A DNA stretch of 27,818 bases. Source: Robiginitomaculum sp. (GTDB lineage: Bacteria > Pseudomonadota > Alphaproteobacteria > Caulobacterales > Maricaulaceae). Below are positions 9,107 to 17,147 of this stretch, piece after piece. Below the pieces are notes generated by a model. The model was not told the origin of the DNA, searched no databases, and saw only the letters and a list, made by a program, of their open reading frames with translations. Positions within the stretch are counted from its first letter, which is position 1. Each line of letters starts with the position of its first letter. The translations under genes and the position numbers were made by a program. The stretch is taken from positions 1 to 27,818 of the forward strand of contig JAESQI010000200.1 in the NCBI GenBank assembly GCA_016765255.1, in the 5' to 3' direction.

Positions 9107-10057
9107 ATGAATATCAAAGTTGACATATTAAACCCGCTAAAATTTAGTGACCCTGACATAACGGCTAAAGGTGAAAAACGGGCGAGTGTATATTTTAAAA
9201 CCCTAAAAACCCTCTGGTTTTTCACGGGATCTCTTTGCAATATCGAATGCTTGAATTGTTATATAAAAAGCTCGCCGACTGCCGATCATTTCGTGTATCT
9301 CACACCAGAGGACATGGCTCCGTATCTCGACGAAATCGACGCGCTCGGCTACGGGAAAATTGAGATCGCCTTTACGGGCGGTGAGCCTTATATGAACCCA
9401 CACATCATTACTTTGTCAGAAATGGCATTGGAGCGCGGGCATAACCTGCTCGTATTAACCAATGCCATGAAACCAATGATGCGCCCGCGTGTGCAAGCGG
9501 GGTTATTAGCCTTACAAAAAAAATACCCCCACACCATGACCTTACGCATTAGCCTTGATCATTACGCGCAGGAGTTCCACGATAAAGAGCGCGGCATTGG
9601 TAGTTTTGAAAGCGCTATAAAAGGTATAAATTGGTTATCTGAAAACGGCTTTAGTCTCAATATAGCAGGGCGTACAATTTGGCATGAGGACGAAAACACA
9701 TCCAGAAACGGCTATGCAAACCTCATTCATGATCATCATTGGAACATCAATACGCAAAGCACGAAACAACTGGTCTTATTTCCTGAAATGGACGACACAA
9801 AAGATGTACCAGAAATCACAACTGCCTGTTGGGGCATATTGGGCGTCTCGCCCGATGATATTATGTGCTCAAACGCCCGCATGGTGGTCAGGCGCAAAGG
9901 CGCGCAGCGGGCCAGTGTTCTGGCCTGCACCCTGTTATGGGATGATGATCAATTTGAGCTGGGCCCTAGTTTAGCAGAGGCCCGCGCTCCCATTAAACTC
10001 AACCACCCCCACTGCGCTAAATTTTGTGTTCTTGGTGGCGCGTCTTGCTCAGCTTAA
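9107..10057 (+). CDS. Radical SAM protein with Cys-rich C-terminal extension, function unknown
   Basis: CxxxCxxC (LCNIECLNCY), FTGGEP, VLTNA, and six further Cys in the C-terminal 80 aa ending HPHCAKFCVLGGASCSA. ATG 9107 is preferred over TTG 9068. Confidence 0.9.
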   Translation: MNIKVDILNPLKFSDPDITAKGEKRASVYFKTLKTLWFFTGSLCNIECLNCYIKSSPTADHFVYLTPEDMAPYLDEIDALGYGKIEIAFTGGEPYMNPHIITLSEMALERGHNLLVLTNAMKPMMRPRVQAGLLALQKKYPHTMTLRISLDHYAQEFHDKERGIGSFESAIKGINWLSENGFSLNIAGRTIWHEDENTSRNGYANLIHDHHWNINTQSTKQLVLFPEMDDTKDVPEITTACWGILGVSPDDIMCSNARMVVRRKGAQRASVLACTLLWDDDQFELGPSLAEARAPIKLNHPHCAKFCVLGGASCSA

Positions 10058-10095
10058 GGCGCGGCAGCGCTTGACTAAGGAGCTGCGGCGCTTGG
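10054..10095 (-). repeat. Imperfect 21-nt tandem repeat spanning the stop of the S9 peptidase
   Basis: Minus strand: CCA AGC GCC GCA GCT CCT TAG then TCA AGC GCT GCC GCG CCT TAA (PSAAAP* SSAAAP*), 16 of 21 nt identical. Confidence 0.8.
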
Positions 10096-12060
10096 GCCAA
10101 GGTTTTCGGCTAAAAACTTGTCCATGGCGTTAAAAAATATCAACCGGTTTTCCGAGTTTTGCAGATAATGGCTTTCATTTTTTAGGGGCACATATGTGAC
10201 CTTTGCGCTAGATTTTCTCAATGCCCGCTTCATTCTTTTGTACTGATCAAAATAAACCACGATATCATCTTCGCCGTGGGCGAGCATAAGCGGAATAGTG
10301 ATTTCCTTCGCTCTTTTAACCGGTGAGTTTTGCTTCATGTCATCCCGACCTTCAAACCCTTGTAGTAATGAATTTTGAGCGGTAATTTTTCCAAATCTAA
10401 ACTGCTTCATATCCCTAACCATGTCTTGGAGGTCGGTGACCCCCGCCATGCTTAAGGCACATGCATAAAGCTCAGGGTTTTTAATCGCCGCCATCAGGGC
10501 CGCATAGCCGCCGTAAGACCAACCAACAATGCAGACGCGGTTTGGATCTGCATATCCTTTTTTTATCAACCACCGGGTTCCGTCTTCCACATCATCTTGC
10601 ATCACCACCCAATTCTTACGGCCAGCATCTGCAAATTTTTTGCCGTAACCTTGAGAGCCGCGAAAGTTCATTTGCAAAACCGCATAGCCTCGCGACGCCA
10701 TAAATTGAGCCAAATAGTCAAAGCTAAGACTGTCGCGGGCGTGGGGGCCGCCGTGAGGCATAATAATAAAAGGCAAGTTTTTTAGCGGCATACCGTCAGC
10801 TATTTTTGGCGGCGTGGTGAGATAGGCTGGTATTTTGACCCCGTCTCGGGTTTTATAACTGATCTTTGTCACATCGCCTTGCACAATATTGCCAATTTCA
10901 GGATAATCGCAAGTAATAAATGAGACACGGCCTTGCGCTACATTAAAATGCATTAAGCTATTGGGCACGCTGGGTGTGCTGGCTTTAAAGACGATAATAT
11001 TCCCGTCAACGGTTTGGTCTACATATTGTATATTATATCCGTCTAATTTCTTGCGTATTTTATCAAATCTGCTTTTGTACTGACTGTCAAAAAATACAGT
11101 TTTTCCAACATCGGCAATATAGCTCGCCCCGATCACTTTTGTGCCGTCACGACTTAAGACAATGCCGCTAACATCATATTGATCGTTTTGGAAAAGCTTG
11201 CGAGTTCTTTGCTTTTTGGCAAGGTCATAAATGAATAAACCTCTTGTATCTTTGCCGTCATATAAACCAATAATCAATTCATTCGGGTCTTGCATAAATC
11301 CGTAAATAGCTGCGGTGGCGTCCAACCCTGGATAGTCATTCACATGTCGCCATTTTTTGGAATGGGCGTCACGAATGATCATTTTTACGCGACCACTCTC
11401 ATCTTTAAGCCCGATGCCAATCCGAGGCTCCGACCTTAAATCTGTCACCCAAGTTTGAATACCTTCTTCGCCCTGCTTAATATTTTCTATGCTAGTATTG
11501 CGCACGTCCACTTTTATAACGTCTGGCTTAAAGCGATCTGAAAGACCATATGACATTAAAATATGATTGGGATCATTGGGCAAAAAATCAATGACGTTAT
11601 TGCTAAATTGTCTCAATTCGGTTCTTCTTTTTGCTGTCCCAATAACACGCTTGCTCTTTGGTTTTAGTAACTGCCGTGCTTCCGTCAAATCGCGGTTAAG
11701 CGCGAAAAGATTTCCAGCTCCAGACAGAGTTTGCCCAATCATTATTTTATGGCGCGTACTGACCAATATAATATCATTGCCCGACCATTTTACCCAATTG
11801 ATATTGGATTTTTTATCAAGCGCTTTCACCCGTATTTTTTTATCACTTGGATTGGCGAGATTAAACACACGTACAATATATTTTCCCTCAAAATCAACCA
11901 CCGCCGCCAACCATTTCCCGTCGGGCGAAATCGCGGCGTCGTCAATCATAGGCATACGCGCATAATGTTTGACAGGAACGATTTTTGCATGGGCAAAACT
12001 CCCAGCCAGCCCAGACAGTGACGTGAATAAAAATATCAATATACAGATTGTAAAGTGCAT
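10075..12060 (-). CDS. Exported S9 family serine peptidase (prolyl oligopeptidase/acylaminoacyl peptidase-like), paralog A
   Basis: Signal peptide ending AHA, beta-propeller-like N-terminal region, PHGGPH, QMNFRGS, GWSYGGY (Ser), HGEDD (Asp), ESHY (His). RBS GGGGGGAATT. Confidence 0.93.
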   Translation of the reverse strand: MHFTICILIFLFTSLSGLAGSFAHAKIVPVKHYARMPMIDDAAISPDGKWLAAVVDFEGKYIVRVFNLANPSDKKIRVKALDKKSNINWVKWSGNDIILVSTRHKIMIGQTLSGAGNLFALNRDLTEARQLLKPKSKRVIGTAKRRTELRQFSNNVIDFLPNDPNHILMSYGLSDRFKPDVIKVDVRNTSIENIKQGEEGIQTWVTDLRSEPRIGIGLKDESGRVKMIIRDAHSKKWRHVNDYPGLDATAAIYGFMQDPNELIIGLYDGKDTRGLFIYDLAKKQRTRKLFQNDQYDVSGIVLSRDGTKVIGASYIADVGKTVFFDSQYKSRFDKIRKKLDGYNIQYVDQTVDGNIIVFKASTPSVPNSLMHFNVAQGRVSFITCDYPEIGNIVQGDVTKISYKTRDGVKIPAYLTTPPKIADGMPLKNLPFIIMPHGGPHARDSLSFDYLAQFMASRGYAVLQMNFRGSQGYGKKFADAGRKNWVVMQDDVEDGTRWLIKKGYADPNRVCIVGWSYGGYAALMAAIKNPELYACALSMAGVTDLQDMVRDMKQFRFGKITAQNSLLQGFEGRDDMKQNSPVKRAKEITIPLMLAHGEDDIVVYFDQYKRMKRALRKSSAKVTYVPLKNESHYLQNSENRLIFFNAMDKFLAENLGPSAAAP

Positions 12061-12124
12061 AATTCCCCCCGGATATGCATTTTATTATTTTGCAATTATA
12101 GAGGACGTTTTTTAAATTTACTAG

Positions 12125-12144
12125 GGCCACCTTGGCTTTTTTTT
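12125..12144 (+). terminator. Weak intrinsic-terminator-like hairpin with T8 tail, oriented for the plus strand
   Basis: GGCCA-CCT-TGGCT followed by a T run (12137-12144). The stem is only 4-5 bp. Confidence 0.3.
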
Positions 12145-12163
12145 GCTGGTACGGATTTTACAG

Positions 12164-14104
12164 TTAAGGTGCTGCCTCACTTGTCCCGAGATGTTTTTCT
12201 AAAAATTCATCCAGACCTACAAAAAACCGCTGTCGGTTATCTTGGTTGGATAAAAAATGATCTTCGTCTTTGAACGACATAAAAGTGACCTTGGCAGAAC
12301 TTTTTTTCAGGGCTCGCTTCATGCGGGTAAATTGGTCATAATGAACCCTTTGATCTAGGGTTCCATGCGCAAGAAACAAGGGTACTGTGAACTCTTTTGC
12401 AAGCTTGACTGGAGAATTAGCCTTGATATCGTCTTTACTTTCAAAACCCTTGAGGACAAAGTTTCTCGCCCCAATGCGTCCAAATCTGTATTTGTTTATA
12501 TCGCGGATCATATCTTGAAGGTCGGTTACACCGGCCATTGAAACTGCACACGCATAAAGCTCTGGATTTTTGATTGCCCCCATCAAGGCCGCATACCCGC
12601 CGTATGACCATCCTGCAATGCACATACGTGTTGGATCGGCATATCCTTTTTTTATCAACCATCGCGCGCCATCCTCAACATCTTCTTGCATCAGTACCCA
12701 GTTTTTTCGTCCCGCTTCTTTGAAAGATTTGCCATATCCTTCCGAGCCGCGAAAATTCATCTGCAAGACGGCAAAGCCCCGCGAGACGAAAAATTGAGAA
12801 AAATAATCAAATCTCTTTGAGGTACGGGCATAGGGGCCGCCGTGGGGTAAAATGACAAATGGCAGGTTTTTAAGTTGCGCCGAGCTCGTGATTGAAGGCG
12901 GCAAGGTGACATATGCAGGTATCTTAAACCCGTCCCTAGCCGTATATGAGACACTCATCACTTCCCCCATTTCACTTGCGGGTAGTCTTGGGCGTATTAA
13001 AGATAACAGAGATACTTTATTGGTACTTGTATTCAGCATCATTAACGCCCCAGGATCGTAGGCATTGGTAATATTGAACAATACAATTTCACTATCTTGG
13101 GATTGATCCACATAATCGACCGTATAGCCATTATATTTTGCCCGCATGAACTCAAGCGTATTTGCGTATTTACCAAACAGGACTGTTTCCTTTGTATCTG
13201 CTACATATTGTACACCGGCAATACTCTTACCGTCTGCACTCAGGACGAGATCACCCACGTCATAATCATCATTATGAAATAGTTTGCGCACTATTTTTTT
13301 AGCGCTCAGACTATATACATAGAGCCCGAGCGTTTCTTTGCCCTGATAGGAACCAATCACCAACTCGTTGGGATCAGATGTAAACCCGTGAATATCTACA
13401 TTTACATTCAGTCCCGGGAACTCATCAGCATATCGCCATTTTTTTCCATTGGCATCTCGAATGATTAAATTCCATTTTTCCGTCGACCTATCCAATAGTC
13501 CTTGTCCAATACGTGGCTCACCACGTAAATCCGTATACCACTGTTGAATATTTTTCTTCCCCCGCTTAACCGTTTTATATTTTCCAGTTTTAACATTCAC
13601 TTTCTTGATATCAGGGGCAAATACATTTGTGTCTGAAAAACTCATCAAGATATGATCGGGATCATCTTGAAGAAAATCTACAACATCATTATTATATTGC
13701 CTAATTTTGTCTTCGGGCACTATCAAGTATTTACCCTTCATAGAGTTTACGTCCAAAGTATATATGAAACCTGTTGTGACGGGTGTTCTCGCAATTTTTT
13801 CGCTTTTCCATAAGCTGATAAGGACACGGTCATTATTCACCCATTTAATCCATTGCGGCTTTATCCTTTTCCCCAAGCCAACAACACGAGGTTTGCCTTT
13901 GTTTATCTTGTCAATATTCATAATACTAATGCCGTATTCACCGCCCATATTGATAAATACGGCAATCTGTTTGGCATCGGGGGAGATGGCCGCGTCATAG
14001 ATCCGGGGGAGTTCCCCAAAACTTTCTGCCCTAGGGGCTGAATGGGCGTGAACCCACGGCCCAAAACCAACCATAATACCTAAAATAAAAATTAAAGTGC
14101 GCAT
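12164..14104 (-). CDS. Exported S9 family serine peptidase, paralog B
   Basis: Start at ATG 14104 (MRTLIFILG, RBS GGGGGAAAT) rather than 14143. Signal peptide ending VHA, PHGGPY, GWSYGGY, HGTLD, EDHF. Colinear with paralog A. Confidence 0.93.
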   Translation of the reverse strand: MRTLIFILGIMVGFGPWVHAHSAPRAESFGELPRIYDAAISPDAKQIAVFINMGGEYGISIMNIDKINKGKPRVVGLGKRIKPQWIKWVNNDRVLISLWKSEKIARTPVTTGFIYTLDVNSMKGKYLIVPEDKIRQYNNDVVDFLQDDPDHILMSFSDTNVFAPDIKKVNVKTGKYKTVKRGKKNIQQWYTDLRGEPRIGQGLLDRSTEKWNLIIRDANGKKWRYADEFPGLNVNVDIHGFTSDPNELVIGSYQGKETLGLYVYSLSAKKIVRKLFHNDDYDVGDLVLSADGKSIAGVQYVADTKETVLFGKYANTLEFMRAKYNGYTVDYVDQSQDSEIVLFNITNAYDPGALMMLNTSTNKVSLLSLIRPRLPASEMGEVMSVSYTARDGFKIPAYVTLPPSITSSAQLKNLPFVILPHGGPYARTSKRFDYFSQFFVSRGFAVLQMNFRGSEGYGKSFKEAGRKNWVLMQEDVEDGARWLIKKGYADPTRMCIAGWSYGGYAALMGAIKNPELYACAVSMAGVTDLQDMIRDINKYRFGRIGARNFVLKGFESKDDIKANSPVKLAKEFTVPLFLAHGTLDQRVHYDQFTRMKRALKKSSAKVTFMSFKDEDHFLSNQDNRQRFFVGLDEFLEKHLGTSEAAP

Positions 14105-14139
14105 ATTTCCCCCATTGACTGATTTATAACCAAATAACC

Positions 14140-15186
14140 TCAATCGGTAAAATGTTTTGATAGGCGCAGGCCTTGGGCTTGGTAGTGGGAGCCGTTTTGA
14201 CCGTAAAGGTTATCTGGAACTTCGAGCATTTTCTCAAATTCTAATTTGGCCACCGCCTGACCGTGGCGCAACATAAAGGGCACGTCGCGGCCACGCACTT
14301 CAAGTACGGCCCGAGATCCCGCGCCGCCCGCTTCCGATATGCCAAAGCCTGGATCAAAAAATCCAGCATAGTGAGCCCGAAATTCACCGATTTCTGGGGC
14401 AATCGGGGCCATTTCAGCCGCTTGGTTGGCAGGGATTTGCACGGCTTCTTTGGACGCTAAAATATAAAATTCATTAGGATCTAAAATCAGTAAACCATTC
14501 GGCGCAGAGAGTGGCTCCCAAAAATCAAGTGCTTTATGACCCGCTACCTTGGATAAATCGACCACACCACTATGGCGGCGCGCTCGCCAACCTATAATGC
14601 CGTCATTGCCGACCCCTTGCAAATCAATGCTCACCGTTTGCGAATTGATAATTTTTTCCGCGCCTCTGCGAAACCGGATTTGCACCAATTTATCACCGGG
14701 GCGAGCGAGAACGGAAAATGTTCGCGGGGCGATTTCCACATAGAGCGGGCCTTTATAACCGCACGGTATGGCCTCAAATTGCTCGGCACAATCCGATATA
14801 ACCCGAGTAAATACATCAAGTCTGCCCGTTGAACTTTTCGGGTTGGCATGGGCTGATATATGTTTTGGTAAGTTTAAATATTCCTGCAAGGGTACGAGAT
14901 ATACACACCCCGTCTCAAGTACGGCGCCAGAGCTTAGATCTATTTTGTGCATAACCAAATTGTCATCAAGACAGTCTTTGATGCTGCGCCCAGCACCCGG
15001 TAAAAAACTGGCCCTGAGGCGATACGCAGTATTGCCGAGCCGTAAATCCAACGAAGCGGGTTGGATTTGATCAATTTCCAAAGCCGTGGGCGCTGTAATG
15101 TATTTGTCCTTTAGCAAAACCTCTATGCTTTGCTTGGGCAAAATGCCAGATTTAACGGCTGGATTTGATATAGATTTTTTTCTCAC
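14140..15186 (-). CDS. dcd: 2'-deoxycytidine 5'-triphosphate deaminase, long alphaproteobacterial two-domain form
   Basis: QIQPASLDLRLG, ANPKSSTGRLDVFTR, GEFRAHYAGFFDPGFG, YQAQGLRLSKHF. Confidence 0.92.
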   Translation of the reverse strand: MRKKSISNPAVKSGILPKQSIEVLLKDKYITAPTALEIDQIQPASLDLRLGNTAYRLRASFLPGAGRSIKDCLDDNLVMHKIDLSSGAVLETGCVYLVPLQEYLNLPKHISAHANPKSSTGRLDVFTRVISDCAEQFEAIPCGYKGPLYVEIAPRTFSVLARPGDKLVQIRFRRGAEKIINSQTVSIDLQGVGNDGIIGWRARRHSGVVDLSKVAGHKALDFWEPLSAPNGLLILDPNEFYILASKEAVQIPANQAAEMAPIAPEIGEFRAHYAGFFDPGFGISEAGGAGSRAVLEVRGRDVPFMLRHGQAVAKLEFEKMLEVPDNLYGQNGSHYQAQGLRLSKHFTD

Positions 15187-15368
15187 GCTGGCTTTCTATC
15201 AGAGCAAAGCACGGCTGAACAGAATTGTTTTCGCCTAAAGCTTGCAGGAAAAGCATATAAATCGCTCGCTCTACTGGTTTATTCACTTGCGCTTATGGCG
15301 GGGATAGGTAATTTACATAAATTATAAAATACCAATAAAAATCAGTATGGTAAGGTAAGGGTGGCAAT

Positions 15369-15761
15369 ATGTACGAAAGCAAAACACGAGATGTTGTTGT
15401 CCGCGTAGAACCTGAGTTTCTCATCGAACAATCCTCACCGCAAGATAACCGCTTTATCTGGGCATATACCGTTGAAATCGAAAATCAAAGCAATGAAGAT
15501 TTGCAAGTGATCAATCGGTTTTGGAGAATTGCCGACCGCAATGGGCACGTACAAGAAGTATCTGGTGAGGGCGTCGTTGGGGAAATGCCGACATTAAAAC
15601 CCGGCGAGACCTTTCGCTATACATCTGGCGCCCCTTTGTCCGCGCCCTCAGGCGTCATGATGGGAAAATACGGCATGAAAACTGTGAGCGGCGAACATTA
15701 TGATGTGGATATTCCAGCCTTTTCACTCGATAGCCCATACGAGCCTCGCTCCATTAACTAA
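15369..15761 (+). CDS. apaG: ApaG/CorD family protein
   Basis: FIWAYTVEIEN, RFWRIAD.NG, V.GEGVVGE.P, YTSGAPL..PSG.M.G.Y, IPAFSLDSP. Confidence 0.96.
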   Translation: MYESKTRDVVVRVEPEFLIEQSSPQDNRFIWAYTVEIENQSNEDLQVINRFWRIADRNGHVQEVSGEGVVGEMPTLKPGETFRYTSGAPLSAPSGVMMGKYGMKTVSGEHYDVDIPAFSLDSPYEPRSIN

Positions 15762-15795
15762 GCTCTTATTTTCTGGCCTGTCTCTGATTTAAGCC

Positions 15796-17049
15796 CTAAA
15801 TAAAATCTTCCATATCTGGAATGCGCCCAAAGGCGATTTTACCGCCTGCATAGCCGCCGCTTGGTTCTATATGTGTGCCAAGGCTTAAACATGTACGGCC
15901 ATAATGGGTGTTAAGCGCGTCCATAAGTACACTCATGTTTTCCCAGTTTTTTCGGCGAGACCGCTCATCTGCAGTTTCGAGCAAATCTTCACACCGCTGA
16001 TTTTGTGTTACCAACCCAAACAAGCATATAGAGACTTTAAACGGAGATTGGTTTGGAGATTGTTGCTTCAATGCCAACACCATATTTTCCAAGCTTTTTA
16101 AGAATGTATGGTCATCAAAGGCAGGCACCTGAAAATGTGTTGTCCGTCGCCATCTTGTCTGGTGTTTAAAACCGACGTGCAGAGAAAGATAAGACGCGGC
16201 AAAGTTTTCCCGACGTAAACGCCGTGCCGCCTTGACCAATAACAAACGTGCGCAATTGCGAGCGCCTTGAATATTTCTCCAGTCTGGCGACAAGACGCGC
16301 CCATGCCCAAACATATTGCGGGTGGTTTTTAAGGCCTCTGTCCGAAATCCGTGCAGCCCCGCCCAAAGTCTTTCCCCCTCGACACTGCGCCAAATCGCGC
16401 GCATTTGCTTGCCGCTTAACCCCATCAATTGCCGCACGGAAACAATGCCAGACATCCGCAACCTTTCTTGCATCCTCCTGCCGATTCCAGGAATGTCTGA
16501 CAGTTTAATTCCGTACAACATGTGTGGTAAATCTGTTGGCTGTAAACAGACGAGACCGTTTGGTTTTTCCATTTCAGCCGCAATTTTTGCTAAAAGCTGA
16601 TTGGGGCCAAATCCAATAGAGGGGGTAATATAGGGGCCTATATCCGCCGCCAAATTATCGCGTATTTCCACGGCAATTGAAAGCCAGTTTTGCCGCTCAC
16701 GCCCCTTCAATTGGCACTCCACCTCGTCAATTGACCACACATTGTGAATGGGTAAGCTTTTGCCGACTGACTTTAAAATTCGGTGGTGCATTTTAATATA
16801 CACATCATGGCGGGCAACAGGCGCAGGAAAATCAGGATATATTTCGCGCACATCAATCAGGCGAACACCGCGCTGGATACCCAATGCCTTTGCCTCACGG
16901 CTGACAGCGATAAACCCTGAATAAGGACTATCAAGTGGCAACACGCCCATGGGACGGTTCCGGTAGGCGGGCACGAGCTGTTGCTCGACAGAGGCAAAAA
17001 AGCTGTCAAAATCTATATATAGTGTTTCTATACTGGTTGGTTTACGCAT
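15796..17049 (-). CDS. Y-family (DinB/UmuC-like) translesion DNA polymerase
   Basis: From ATG 17049: LYIDFDSFFASVEQ (catalytic Asp), WSIDE (catalytic Asp-Glu), LLAKIAAEMEKPNG, HhH motif DIPGIGRRM. The upstream ORF extension is unlikely to be translated. Confidence 0.92.
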   Translation of the reverse strand: MRKPTSIETLYIDFDSFFASVEQQLVPAYRNRPMGVLPLDSPYSGFIAVSREAKALGIQRGVRLIDVREIYPDFPAPVARHDVYIKMHHRILKSVGKSLPIHNVWSIDEVECQLKGRERQNWLSIAVEIRDNLAADIGPYITPSIGFGPNQLLAKIAAEMEKPNGLVCLQPTDLPHMLYGIKLSDIPGIGRRMQERLRMSGIVSVRQLMGLSGKQMRAIWRSVEGERLWAGLHGFRTEALKTTRNMFGHGRVLSPDWRNIQGARNCARLLLVKAARRLRRENFAASYLSLHVGFKHQTRWRRTTHFQVPAFDDHTFLKSLENMVLALKQQSPNQSPFKVSICLFGLVTQNQRCEDLLETADERSRRKNWENMSVLMDALNTHYGRTCLSLGTHIEPSGGYAGGKIAFGRIPDMEDFI

Positions 17050-17060
17050 CAACCTCAATA

Positions 17061-17075
17061 GAACATATAGGGAAC
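17061..17075. promoter_or_regulatory. Alphaproteobacterial LexA (SOS) box
   Basis: GAAC-ATATAGG-GAAC (GTTC-N7-GTTC on the minus strand), an exact match to the alphaproteobacterial LexA direct repeat, 11 nt upstream of the polymerase ATG. Confidence 0.88.
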
Positions 17076-17147
17076 ATTTACAAGCGTGTCTCGCACGAGT
17101 TTGCAATTTTTGTTGTATTGTGTAGCGATTTGGGCAATGGCTATACC

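Noticed and set aside
9068-14143. RiPP cluster (radical SAM plus S9 peptidases)
   Set aside because: No precursor-like small ORF or dedicated exporter nearby. The peptidases are exported and convergent to the cytoplasmic radical SAM gene.
17010-17025. Strong single NrdR-box-like palindrome AATCTATATATAGTGT
   Set aside because: It lies inside the polymerase coding sequence (T-L-Y-I-D codons) and has no partner box 31 nt away on either side, so codon choice can explain it.
16935-17147. Long N-terminal extensions of trkH (from 16935) and of the Y polymerase (from 17106) giving a head-to-head overlap
   Set aside because: Family similarity begins at ATG 17148 and ATG 17049. The LexA box lies in the true intergenic gap.
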